A stretch of DNA of 62,183 nucleotides, counting the filler, from Choristocarpus tenellus KU-1152 (lineage: Eukaryota; Protista; Phaeophyceae), in the NCBI GenBank assembly GCA_964200185.2. It is 11 parts of 11 records of this genome, joined end to end, with 100 filler letters (N's around TTAATTAATTAA, not from the genome) between each part and the next. Parts side by side here need not be neighbours in the genome. Positions count along the whole stretch, not along the records: positions 49,784 to 54,702 come from CAXNAD020012537.1; positions 54,803 to 59,070 come from CAXNAD020015385.1; positions 59,171 to 62,183 come from CAXNAD020022943.1; 8 more parts are not named here. One strand, 5' to 3'. Positions 49,784 through 62,183 of this stretch are shown piece by piece (position 1 is the stretch's first letter; each line of letters begins with the position of its first letter). Below the pieces are notes generated by a model. It worked only from the letters and a program-made list of their open reading frames with translations, did not search any database and had not been told where the DNA came from. The translations under genes were made by a program, and so were the position numbers.

Positions 49784-52331
49784 GTGTTAAGGTGTCGTTG
49801 ATGATCTGTTGTCCCACTCAACCAGTTATATTATTGTTTATTAGCTGTATCACAGTTAAGAAGAGAGTGAGACACCATCACTAGATGGGGCTCACCAAGC
49901 CTTACAGTAAATGACTCAGAATACCCCAAATGAATCAACAGTCCTCTAGTACACGTCGGAGACACTCCGACTCTAACATTCCACCAATTGCTTCTGGTCA
50001 AATGATACCCCTAACCCTAAATATCCTTAATGTCCCGGATCATCGTCTGTACATAAATAAAATAATTATATTACTTAGAATGTTAATTCTCACAAATGGT
50101 CAACCATAATCTTTGACAAAAGGTAGCAGCGTTCTCTCATGTCCTATCATTTCAAGGTTCGACAAAAGGTGATGGTGGTACCGATCAATCGGAACAATTT
50201 TTACGACACGAGGCACGCCAGGAATATTATTTTTTTAATGGAATTATTTGTTCCTGTTGATGGTCGTCTGCGAGTAAGCGATAATATGATTAATAATAAT
50301 AATGATAATAATAAAAACGGTTTCAAATTTTCCCGCTTGAAGAGCCATTTATTGCAATGTTGTACCCCCCCATCAGGAGCAGAACGTGGAACTTTTTTGG
50401 GGGGGTTCCCAACGCAAGTCACAATCTCGGTTGCGATCAAGAAGTACATGTATAAATTTATGTGTATATGTTGTTTGCTGCTGTATTAAATATTCTCTGA
50501 CTCGTTTTTTTTTCCCCGTGCGTGTGATTTCGTTTTTTTTTGTTCTACCTAGAAAAAAAAAACGGAAAGTTTGTTTTTGCGCTTCAACAATGAAAAAAAA
50601 ATAGTGAATTTCGTTCAGTATTTCAATTTAGAAGAGTCTGAAGTATGTTTGTGTGTGTGTGTGTTTTTTTTTTATGGTTCCTTGTTTAGTGTTTTTTAAT
50701 GCATCACGATTTTTCGCTTTTTTTGTTGTAAATATTTGTATTTATATTTATATTTATATTTATACACATTTGGAAGTATCGTGCTTGGAAGGCACATCTT
50801 GAGAGCCTGTTTTTTTTGTATTTTTAAGAGTATTATTTTTGACAGAGAGGGGCAAGGCCTTGAAAAAATAGAAGACAATGGTGACAGGACCAGGGCATGG
50901 GCCGTTTGTCCCTAGCAATTGCTGGTCTGGTTTAAAGTTCTGATTTTTTTCAAGTTGATTTTTATGTTTATCACTCTTTTTGTGTGTTGTGTTTTGAAAC
51001 CCCTGCAGCAGTTTTCTTATTTACCTTAACAAAAGTCCTTTTGTGTAGGAGTAAAGATGTACCTCCTTTTGCTCTGAGTAAAACAGTGCGGCGATCGGTT
51101 CTCTTCTGATTGTGAAAGCTCCCAATCGAGGCAAGAATAGGGAGTTGCTTTCGGTTGGTACGGCATGTTCGTTGTACTCAAGTGAAATTTCAACCGTCAT
51201 TTGGAGGGAGGGAGTGGTTTTGCAATTCTGCAGGCGTTGATAGATAATTCTTTTTTTTTGCCGTCAGTTGATGGACTCTTTCCGAAGCGGCTTGTCCTCT
51301 TGAATCAGTTGTCAATTTATTAATTTTTTTAGTCAATTTGCGGAGTACGGGTCATGTAAACAATAAAAATGTGCCGTGTCCGTACGGAGTATATTAACAA
51401 AAAAACAAAAAAACTGGGAGATAGATGTATGCTCTTGAGAGGTTTGCAGACTATTGCATGCAGTAGTAAGGTAGTGTTTTATGTAGAGATAGATTCACCG
51501 TGGGTGTGAGTAGCCTCTCTATTGACAGATGAAGTGCACTCTGCCTTATGTCTTGGTTGTTGTCATGTTCTGTTTGCAATATTTGAAATGAAGTGGGAGT
51601 AGTGATGTGTCTGCAGAAAGAGTTGTACTCCTGGAATGGTAAAAATCCCAACCCTAGCTAGACCTAACCCTAGCCCTAGTGAAAGGTACTGTGGTAGGAT
51701 AAGGGTTAGGGTTAGGGTTAGTGCAGCTTGTCAATGCTCGAGAATTATGAACCTGCTGTTCCTGTCGTAGTTTAACTTTTTAACTTAGGGTTAGTTTAAC
51801 TCAGTGCTTTTACTTGTGATAACTTGGCATGAAGACTCTGGTTCAGTAGGAATGGCTATGGCTTGTGGTCCCAGGTACTTGTGGTCCCAGGTACTCTTTT
51901 ACTCTCTTGTGTCACGGTGTTGGTATTTTATTCTATGTAGTCTTTTCTTATCATTTTTGGGCTATCCCAAAAAAAGAAGCTATCCCAACCAAGTTGAAGT
52001 ATGGGCGAAGTCTCTGGTTCTGCTCTAGGTACCACTTTTGACACAAGTAGGATACTCTGCCAGTCCGTGACACTCTGAAGCATGTGTTTTTTTATTTTTA
52101 TCTTTTGTGAGGCCAGGTTGTAAAGGTTTTTGTAGTACATTGCAGGCAGTTTTGGATGAGTGTTATTTGGTTCCTCACTGGCTTCGCCGGTGGATGACCT
52201 CTTGGATAGAGTATTTTTGTACATATTCACTATTATTATTATTATTATTATTTTACTTCGTATTGTTTATTTTGTTGTTGTAACTATTGCGTGTATGTTT
52301 TTCACGCCTATGTCTGTGGTTTGTTGTTCAG

Positions 52332-52415
52332 GTGCACATCAGCAATGCCAAGGGAGGTGCGTCGACTATATCCGTTAAACTCCATGAGAAGACTAGGGTG
52401 GGCGATATATTCCAG
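52332..52415 (+). CDS. Isolated coding exon, possibly the start of a ubiquitin-like/RBD fold (next exon perhaps from 53502)
   Basis: cag|VHISNAKGGASTISVKLHEKTRVGDIFQ|gt, phase 0, beta-beta-alpha pattern; identity uncertain. Confidence 0.35.
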
Positions 52416-54036
52416 GTGATACGTTATTGCTATTGAAAGGTTGAAATGACGAGGGGTCCCCTTGCACCAGATTTCAGACCGGCCACCCTCTCCCCCCTCT
52501 GTACAGTCTCTGAAACACGAGAGCTACAGAGCACCATGGATTGCTCTGTGCTGCTCTGGGCTATGATGTATTTATCCTTAACCCTTACCCGGTTTGGGGC
52601 CCTGGACCGCCCCGGCACCGTGTCCACCTCATGCACGGCGCTTCTGGAAGATTTTGTACAACATTGATATCGGTTTTGTTTACAGCTAAGGTACATGCAC
52701 TACATTCACCCCCCTCCTCCACATGTCGCCAAAGGTATCACTTGAGGGGTTGGCATCTGCTTTTCTGGTACGTGGGGGAGCCCTTGCGAAGACGTACCTC
52801 TTTTTATCATAATTTTTTGTACCTCTTTTTGTCATACCTCTTCGGTATTGAGTTCTTGTGACGTGCAGAGCGAGAGTGTGTTTGTGATGTCATAATGATG
52901 TCATCACCCTGGGGTAGGTAGGGTACTCCTTAGGAGCCTTCATCAGTACCACAGGTTCACTAGAGATTTCAACTACCATTACCCTCTGGGTCCTTTGCTC
53001 ATCATTGCCCTTCACTACTACTTCCAAGTACTTCACCTTGATAGCATGTCTACCTGTACCTTGGTTGATACTCATGGGTAGGGTGACACTATTGACACTA
53101 TTGACACCATGAGCCATCAGGACCTGTTTCACTGGCTCAGCCACGGCGTGAACATTCACACTGGCATTTGAATTTGAATTTGAATTTTATTGTTCTGATC
53201 TCGCACGGTTACCACCTACCATTTACTCATACGGCGGGCGTAAATGGTAGGTGGTGGCGAGAAGCATTGAGGGTTGTGGTATGATAGGGAGGCGTTGCAC
53301 AGAGTCAATTGGATATGCATTCGCACTACAGCCAACCTCTTTGTTGTTTTTGTTAGCCCGACCCTAACCTGTGTGACTTGTGTATTGATTATGGTGTTAG
53401 GGTTAGGGTTGGAGATTCGAGTCAACGCAACCGAGAGGGGGGCAGACGTGTTTGTTTTGGGCGTTTTTAAGTTTATTTTTTTTTCGTTTCTGATTTTGTA
53501 GAACGCGAAGGCGTTTGAGATGAAGGGCGTCAATAAGGATGAATTGAATTCGATTCACTGCGTGCCGACTGCACCTTCTCATGAAAGAGCCAGAATACAC
53601 TCTTCACTGTTGTGGACTGGGATATGTTGAATATTATGTTGGGGTTAGGGTTGGGATGAGATTTTATGCTGAAAATGACATTTTGGGGGTTAGGGTTAGG
53701 GTCAGTTAGGGTGCAAGGCAGGAAATGGGTACTGGGGGCAAGATCGTAAGATAGTTCTAACGATGTCTTGTTGTTGTGATACTCCCAGGGCTACAGACGA
53801 TTTCGGCATGTACCTAGTTTATGTTGTGGTTTGGTATAGTATGGTACAGTCAGCACCATGCAGTATGACCTAACTTAGGGTTAGGGTTAGGATTGCTGAC
53901 ACTGTTGCTGTAATTCACAACAATATACCTCTCAGATGAATGCCGATTTCCTAGTCATGTGAAAGCAGAAAGATCTAGATTGGTTGGTGGCATGCCGTTG
54001 GTAGTGCTTCTGTTTTATTAGAAGACTGATGAAGGA

Positions 54037-54077
<41 letters not shown>

Positions 54078-54702
54078 ATTGATCGTCCTTTTTGTTTTTA
54101 GTCTTAGGTAGGTAGGCGTGTTGCTGATTTTAGCATGTGTATACAGGTGTCCTTGTTTGAATGATGTCAAATCAAGGTTTATGCTTGGTGCTTTGATTTG
54201 ACTGATCTCAAGTGGGTATCTTTTTTCTATTAAAAAAAAATAAATGTGCAGTAGTTTTAATCAAAAACAGCAGTGCTTTTTCTTGGAACAATCTTGGTGG
54301 AGTTTGTTTTGTGTAAGTTGTAATGGAGTATAAAATTAATTAATTTCAATTGAAATAAAATTAATTTCAATTAATTGTGAGATCTTTTTCACGTACTCAA
54401 TTCATTATGAATGCCTCTGCGTAATTGACCGCTTGCTGTCTTTTTTATTTTATACTACTGCTTCAGTTGACCCTCCCTTAACCCAGTAGTACCCGTAACC
54501 TTAACCTTAGAACCCTTGAAAATAAAAATTATAAAATAAATATAGAACCTTATCCCCTCCACTACATGATGAAGGTTCCAGAGAGGATCATTTTTTTTTT
54601 TAACATCCACCGAAATAACAACTTTACCCCCCCCCCCCCCCCACCAAAAAAAAAAAAAAAAAAAATTACACTTAATAGTGAAGAGTTTATGACTAAATTA
54701 TT

Positions 54703-54802
54703 NNNNNNNNNNNNNNNNNNNNNNNNNNNNNNNNNNNNNNNNNNNNTTAATTAATTAANNNNNNNNNNNNNNNNNNNNNNNNNNNNNNNNNNNNNNNNNN
54801 NN
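54703..54802. other. Artificial contig linker
   Basis: 44N+TTAATTAATTAA+44N. Confidence 0.99.
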
Positions 54803-56128
54803 AAACAAAAAACGAAAAAGCGATAAAAGGCAGCGAAAGCCGCGCGGCCCCCCCCCCCCCCCCCCCCCCCCCCCAGATACTTTGACCCCCCGGTGTGGTC
54901 ACGGATTGAATCCAGCCTGCCATGGTTTGTTTGCAGGGAGCGGAAGAGCCCTAGGCCCAGGGTGTTCCAATCCGGTGGTGGCTGGGTAGGTTTCTCGAGT
55001 ACATGGATTGTGTAGCGAGGACTCTTCTGTGAGCGTTCTGTCACGGAGCAGCTCACCTATCATGTTGACTCTTTTGTGTTTCTCTGTAGTACGCTTGGTG
55101 TGTGACATATGCTGCGAGAATTTTCTCGTAAATTTCTCTTGAGAAAAAAATGTTCTTTTTTCCAGCTGTAGTGTCTCTCTCTCTCTCGCCTGTGCCCGTT
55201 AATAAGAGCAGCAGTTTTTTTTTTGAGGGAGGGCAAGGGAGGGATGGCAGCGCAAGGCCGCGTATGGCGTGTTCTGATGAGGATACAGCGGGCGATTTGG
55301 GCTTGTAATGGAGGATTTCTCGATTTTTTTTTTTGTTGCCTTGTCTTTTGTCTTGTCTTGAGAAGGCTGATGATACGGAATTTTCTACAAATTTGCTTGA
55401 GGATGATGCTTGAACAGCAGCGAAGGCGCGGTTCCGGTTTTCTCAAGGATACATACAGTACTTGTGCAAAATATTGTTCTTTTTAGAATGGTTCTGTTTG
55501 AACGTGTGGAGACCTACATTCTTCCGCTGTCTACTTGAAAAGGGATAAGTGGTGTTTTCTGGTGATAATCTAATCTTGGTTACTATTTGTAGGGTTCATT
55601 CGGAGGCGTGTATCGTTCAAGGGCTTGGACACAATCCTGTTTTCATTTTTTTTTTAGGAGTATTGAACAAGGATAGGCACTGATTATTAAGAATTGATCA
55701 TTACGATATATGCTATGTAGTAATTGAATGGAGAAATAAAATGTAGTGATTTTTTTTTTTAATTGAAGAATGAGAGTTAGGGGGATCTTAATGGAAGGGT
55801 ATGGTTTGACTTGTGGGTTTAAACCGTGTGCTCTATCTATTGTACATACACACACTCTTTTGTTTTTTGGGGCTTTTTGTTTTTTTGTTTGTTTTTTTCT
55901 CATGCGTGCATGAATGCAAGTTTTGGTTCCGACTGAGTGTTGATACGTGGATGAGAGTATCTTTACATACATACATACAGATACATACCTACATACACTT
56001 TTCCATGTGAGAAAATGTTTTGTTTGTGCTAGTTGAATGCTGTAAACTATGTATTTACGTTGGATATATATTTTTTCACTTTTTATTTTTCTTGTGGACA
56101 TGTACCCTAACCCTGAAACTGTTGTCAG

Positions 56129-57016
56129 GGTTAAAAATGTGGAGCGTTCGGGCGGAGGACCTAGTCCAGGCCTTCCCATTGATCTCCTGAAGAGCAGCAT
56201 GTCTGGTGACGTAAGTTCGGGAGGGGGGAAGAAGGGTGGTGGTGGGGCAGCGGTGGAAGGAGGTGGTGCGGCACTCAAGAGGGGCAAGACTAACACAGGA
56301 AAAGCGCTGGCCATGGTGCAGGGGTCCACAGCTTCCATGGGAAAGTGAGAGTCAGCAACTGATGATGATTAGTGGCACTGTTGTTGTGTGTTGTTATGTG
56401 TTGGGTGTTTTATTGTTGGTTGTGTAAATCAAGGTATCTTGTGGTGATTGTCAAGTGAGTTCTTTTTAGTAAGATGTTTGTTTTTGGAGGATTGGAGGGG
56501 TTGACTAGTTCTATGTATGAGGGGGAGTTGGTTGGTTGTATTGGTTGTACCACTCAAGTTGGGATGGACACACATGAAGTTGTCTCTTGAGAGGTAGGGT
56601 GTAAACAGAAGGGTGTGATGTAATAGATCAATTAATTTTATTTATTGTTATATTCTTGGGAGTGGGGTGTGTTTCCTCAGAGTTGATAAGTTTGAGGTGA
56701 ATAAATTTGCAATGAACACCATGAAATATGAACTGTAGTATAAATGGCATTAATCTTACTGTTTTTTATCAATTTTTTTTTTCAAGATTGTAGAGATACA
56801 CCAACTGCCGCTGTGGTGCTGTAGTGTTTTTTTTAATTAAAACATCCAAGATACTATTGCCACTGCTTTTGATCTTCTTGTCTTGTTTTGTTTAGGTTTG
56901 ATGAGAGGAGGAAGGCGGAGCCGGAGAAGAGGAACCAGGGTGTTAGGCGCCAGTTCAAGCCGGTGACACAATCAGCAGGAGCAGAATCACAGTCTGCAAT
57001 CAAGATTTTGAATTCG
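56129..57016 (+). CDS. RRS1: Ribosome biogenesis regulatory protein RRS1, C-terminal exons 56129-56344 and 56896-57016
   Basis: A phase-2 splice gives ALAMVQGSTASMGK|FDERRKAEPEKRNQGVRRQFKPV...E...AIKILNS. STASMGKFD followed by a KRxF.P-like motif is the RRS1 C-terminal signature. Confidence 0.85.
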
Positions 57017-59070
57017 GTGAGCTGTAATGGGTGTTTCCCCACCACCGCCAACACCACTACCAACTCAGACGGCTTCCTATATATACACCATGTATACTCG
57101 TGAGGGATTCTTTCAAGAAGAAAAATGTTAATACATGCACTCGGTTGATTATTTTTTAATCAAGAGTATTTTATTACAATATTTGAGGTGAAATGTAACT
57201 TCTTTTTTTTAACTTGCGGCGATGTTTCTCTCTATAGATATTTTTTTGTTACTACATACGTATTTGAATTTGTGTTTGATTGGTCGTTGCTCAACATCCT
57301 ACACTACAAGTTGTGCACACTTTTGATTAATGGGGTTTCTTATGGTGGAGGCCTGATTCATGTTGCTGGAGTCCTCAGGTCTCAGAAATAAGTATTCTTT
57401 GATGAAAGATGCAATAACACAGTATTTAGTGATGAGAGATTTATTGGAAAAGGTATTCTGTATTAATTTATTTGTTACTAAATAATAAATATATATATTG
57501 TCTCGCTCTCTCTATATATATATTTGAAGGTAGATTGTACATCTGATGTGGTAATGTAATGTGCTTTATTGCTCCTTTTTGTTGTTGAGATTCTTTTGGT
57601 GTACTTTGCCCCAGCTGATCTTTACCTCTTGCCTCTTGAACATTATAGTACCACAATAATTAATTAAGATTTGATGCAGGGCTTTGGTCCTGAGGAGGAA
57701 CTTTGTGTAGAGGCAGTTGGTTGGGCAGGTAGGTTGAATGGTGCTGTCCAGTAGGCGTTTTTTGTAGGTGCGAGGTTTGCCAACTTTTTTTTTAATGGAT
57801 GAAATATATATGCATATTTTGAAGTTGATTTTAGGTAATTACTTTTTCGTTTTTGTACAATAGAAATTGTAGATTATTTCTTACTATTTTGATATTTTTT
57901 CAAGGGATTGTTGAAAGGGAACTTTTTGTTTTGAATTTTAAAACAAAAAACAATGATTTTATGTTTTTTAGTGTGCTGGCTCTTTTTTTGTTATTTCAAA
58001 CCTACCAGACCTACCATCTGGTCAGGTCTACATAAATACATTATAAACCTACTGTATATTGCTGTATATTGTGATATAGGAAGGTTGATGAACTGTGAAG
58101 AGGAACTATATTTTTTCAAATACAACAAGCAGCACTGTGTAGTCTGTTGTTATTATAGTGCTCTCGAATCGCAACAAAGATCTCCCTTTAAGTCCTACAT
58201 TTTTTTTAATTTCTTCTAAGAACAATTTTGCAGTAGAAAGAGAAACAAAATACACTCTTTTTGTGTCAGATAAGTGTTACGGACTCATTATTTTTAGTGG
58301 AAAGGTTTTGTGGTGTCCTGCTTGGTGCTGTGACTAGTTTCCAGTCTTGATGCGATATTGATCGTTATGTTTGTTTTTGGCCAGTCTTGGTGGGGCTACC
58401 AGCCTCCCATATACCTTAAGTCAGATACTGCAGAGGAAGAGATGGGGAGCTGCATTTCTTCATTGTTCCACCACAGTGTATACGATTCTTGATTCTTGTA
58501 GACCTTTTCTGTACTCTTAAGGGCTTGAAAACACACATTATGAGCCTGCCTGTGTAACAGGGGTAGCCAAAACATGGAAGGCGCTTTTTTGTACCAAGGG
58601 TGGTGAGGGTCTGCGGTCACTTACAGAGCCAGTTCATCGAAACGAAACCTGCGGTTTCTTTTGTAACTGTAAGCGCAAACTGTGGTTTGTTTGTTTCACT
58701 ATATTCCTCCCCGTGACCTCCACCTCAAGTTGAAGTAACCGAGGGGGTCACATGCTTTGATCTTGTGGGGTTTTTTGGAAAAAGTTTTGCGAATTTGTTT
58801 TTCAAGAAGATGAAGACATTCAAGGGTCAGCATAGATAAGGATAACTTGCCCCTGCCAACCCGAGTGTGCTCTCAAAAACAGTAATGAGGTACTCCGCAG
58901 CCGTGGACCCTGTTTGGTCCAAAACATTTGTAACAAAAAAATTAGAGGGGTCCTTCAAAATCAGCGGTCCCTCACTCTTGGATATTTCAACTCCTCCAGC
59001 GTCTTTTGTAGTCAATGTACCCCATCGGTGGGGGGGAATACTTGCCAGATGGATTGCTACAGCCTCAGAT

Positions 59071-59170
59071 NNNNNNNNNNNNNNNNNNNNNNNNNNNNNN
59101 NNNNNNNNNNNNNNTTAATTAATTAANNNNNNNNNNNNNNNNNNNNNNNNNNNNNNNNNNNNNNNNNNNN
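59071..59170. other. Artificial contig linker
   Basis: 44N+TTAATTAATTAA+44N. Confidence 0.99.
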
Positions 59171-59639
59171 CTTCAATTCAATGTTTCTCCCACAGAATCA
59201 TATTTTACACATGAATAAAAAGCATATTCTTAATAAGGTGGCAATGCTTATGCTACGTTCATTTTTTTCTCATCTACCGTTTATTTGTTCTGCTTTACAG
59301 ACGTTGGAATGCATCTGAAAGCCATTGCTGACATTCCCGAGTTACAGATGTTACTCTGAAACTTCTAGCAAATCGGAGTTCCTCTTCACAAGGTTCCCCA
59401 TTCATGTATATACAGCTCGCACTTGTTAGAGTGCGGAAATAAATACTCGCGCTATTTGCCTGTAAAATATATACTCCACTCTTGTGACTTGATAGAAAAG
59501 CACCAGAGCCCACTTTTTTGTGGGCTATAGATTAGGAAGCATGCTGGTTTTGTTTCCATTTTTAGGGAAGGAAAACGGGGGGTGAAGAGCAACATACAAG
59601 CAAGCAACAAAGTAAGGACAATCCATACCATACAACTTG

Positions 59640-61530
59640 CACACATGTAGTCGTGGACCGACTTGAAAGTCACAGTTGTACCAGGAAGTGTTGAGGTTCC
59701 GACCTCGCATGTCTTATTGACTGGTAGGGTTTAAACTGGCCGTGGTGACGCAAAACACAGCAGAGTTTCTCCGTTCATGAAGCAAGTATGGTTCACATGT
59801 TGATGACACGGATTATTCTTTCACTCAAACTTGAATACATGTCCCTTCATGGAATATTGTGCAGGTTGTTGTTGGTATGGAGAACTGAAGAAGTAACAAC
59901 ACACAGCAGCAGGCACCAGTCCGTAGAGGAACCAATCACGTTTGAGAACTAGTGTTTGCCTGCACCTCTTGTCGCCAATAGCTTGTACTCAAGAACTTCA
60001 TCCTGCTCGGTGCAACAGTGTGGAGAAGTCCCCTAGTCCAGCCTTTTCGTCCTCTCTCCCTTAAGTCAAGACGTGGGGGTTCCATTTCTACAATGGGAAG
60101 GTGAAATGACTGAACCTCTGGCATTATCACCTCGCGGGGTGTCTCAGTCTCCTCTTCTCACAAAATCCACCCCCCTAATCAGTCCAACTTGGCGTGCTTG
60201 CAACACCCACTGTTATTGATGTACCCTCCATTACAAGTTGCTCATGAGTGAAAGTACCTTAGAGGGTATGAGCTATGCCCTGTTTGTCCGATTGGTGCTT
60301 GACTTACCACGGATTTTTTAAAATCATTTTTCCTACTCTGAAACATTTCGGAGTAGGAAAAAATGTAAACGTTATGAAAAATGTGTGCAGAACAAGGATA
60401 TTGACACTTCCTAACAAATACGAGAGCCAAAATTACACCAAAATCGGAACATTGAACTTTTCCCTCCAGACGGACGTGGCCTTACCCTCTAAGATACTTT
60501 GACTCTCATACCATATAGTATTCTGTATATCGTCTTCTTGAGGTCCTGCATCAGGGCCTTGATGGCATCTACCTCCTCCTCTTGTAGTAGTGTAGCCATT
60601 CCTGAGCCTTGGTGTGATACTGTATTGGGGGGTATTGGATTACCAGCTTCCTTGTCAAGGTTGGCTGATACCTTCTTCCCAAGCCAGTCTAGTCTCTCAG
60701 TTTCCCCCACTCCACGATCTTCCTTGGGCGCCTCGAGCTTCTGTAGGAGGTCTGTGAGGTTACGGACACAAGCGTTTTGTCCAGGTGCACCATGGATTAC
60801 ACAACGACCCACCGCTGCTGTGAGGTCAGCTTGCTTTGGGGGACTTACCATGCTTGCTAGTGCAATTTGGTTGAAAATTCAGCCACCAATTTTTCCCCTG
60901 GTTGTTGCCATCAATCAGCCCAGAACAGTCAGTGTGTCCAGTCACTCTCCTCACATGTGCGGGAGGAAGACGGTGGTCGTAAACCACTTTTGAAGGTGGC
61001 CTACTTACTTGGAACATCATGCTTCCTCTTCCTGGAGTGAGTGCACGGAGGCTACTCAGACCGAAAAACATCGTGTTCCTGTTGACTTGCCAACAGGGCT
61101 AATGGCATCTCCTGTGGCCCTTCAACAACCGCGATCAGACACTGGATTGCCACAATGGCATTTGTGCCAAGCCAAAAGAGAGTTTCTAGTATTCATTTAG
61201 GCGTGTGCCTGAGAGTGGCTGGAACCATGTCATGTTCCTCTAGTATATGCATGTGGTAGATGCGGTAGCCACTCAGCACTTGGTGTGGGTTTCAAGGTCC
61301 CCCATCCCCCCCTTCCCTTCCCTTCCCTTCCCTCTTGTCTAATCTATGTAACAAATACTGGGAAATGTATCTCTGTCGTGATTTCCTGCTCACTTCCTTG
61401 TTCACCAAGAGAACCATAACCCACGGGGGGGAAGAAACCGACCATGGGGAGTTGATTCTCGCTCTAGACTGAGTTGGTCTGGATTCATCTTTGGCCGTCA
61501 ATATTGCGGAAAACGTTCCCAACCCACAGG
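59640..61530 (-). mobile_element. Probable degenerate non-LTR retroelement (RLE-type, post-RT region)
   Basis: Intronless broken ORFs (QADLTAAVGRCVIHG...LDWLG; EVQANTSSQT; H.C...G, SIRH) resemble the C-terminal region of RLE-clade elements as I recall them; interrupted by a MITE. Confidence 0.4.
60246..60505 (-). mobile_element. MITE family B copy (inverted), 4-bp TSD TCAT
   Basis: gagtgaaagtaccttagagggta...taccctctaagatactttgactc flanked by TCAT on both sides. Confidence 0.9.
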
Positions 61531-62106
61531 TGTGTATCTTGTGCCTTTAGTCCTTCTCCTATCTTCTTGCATCATATAACCAACTGACCGCAGATAGATA
61601 ATACACAAGGCCCTAAGGCTGGCGAATTTTGTTGATAGTGCCGATTACTGAAATTAATGTGTGCGGAGCATTGATAGTGCAATTTGTCAGGTGCCTTGCG
61701 ATGTATTGATGTTTTGGCAATAAAACTAAATCACATGCTCCAGAGCATTTTGAAAGACGGTTCTCGTGGTTATCAGTTGCGCGAAGCAGGTGCTGCTTAT
61801 CGTAGTAGCAGTACTACTACTGCTACTACTGCGTAACTACTATAGACACTATTTTCAAAATATCCACTCCTTTGTGTTATTTCAACTCCTCGTATTAGTA
61901 CAATACACATGGAAAAGGTACGTACTAATGGGGCAGAATTTTATTTCGTTTTGAGCACCCAAGGTCTACGTGTAGCATGCACATTGATTTTCAATCAAGT
62001 ATTGGCCTTTGCTGGAACAGTATCTTCAAGCCAATAGACAATGGTGTACTAATACGCTATACAGTACATCGCATTGATTTACTTTTACAGCAGCATCTAT
62101 AGTTTT

Positions 62107-62140
62107 GACTCAAAGTATCTGGGGGGGGGGGGGGGGGTTT
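62107..62140 (+). mobile_element. MITE family A-type TIR near the window end
   Basis: gactcaaagtatctggggggg. Confidence 0.6.
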
Positions 62141-62183
62141 GTGAGGGGGCGTCGGGTTATTGCAAACAACTTTTTTTTGCTTA

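Overview
This window is not continuous DNA. It consists of 11 eukaryotic contigs joined by artificial 100-nt linkers (44N-TTAATTAATTAA-44N), so nothing can be linked across a linker. The contigs are 1-7320, 7421-18703, 18804-28956, 29057-32250, 32351-37587, 37688-41765, 41866-45654, 45755-49683, 49784-54702, 54803-59070 and 59171-62183. The DNA is intron-rich and repeat-rich, with scattered TTAGGG tracts; a brown-alga-like stramenopile is my inference, not something proven here. Most ORFs in the track are spurious, so I spliced the real genes by hand: a tandem-PH-domain protein, a CaMKK/GRIK-like kinase, RRS1 exons, a PPR fragment, a RanBP2-zinc-finger gene and a Cys-rich fragment. Mobile DNA includes LINE, copia and RLE-type remnants, several MITE families and satellites. 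The best candidate for an undescribed system is contig 41866-45654. It carries a spliced eukaryotic gene encoding a bacterial-type ParB/Srx domain (DGNHR motif), a probable HTH and an acidic GEGGDE repeat. The gene has two GC-AG introns and lies just downstream of nested direct repeats that resemble a mobile-element end. Its C-terminus is cut off by the contig end.
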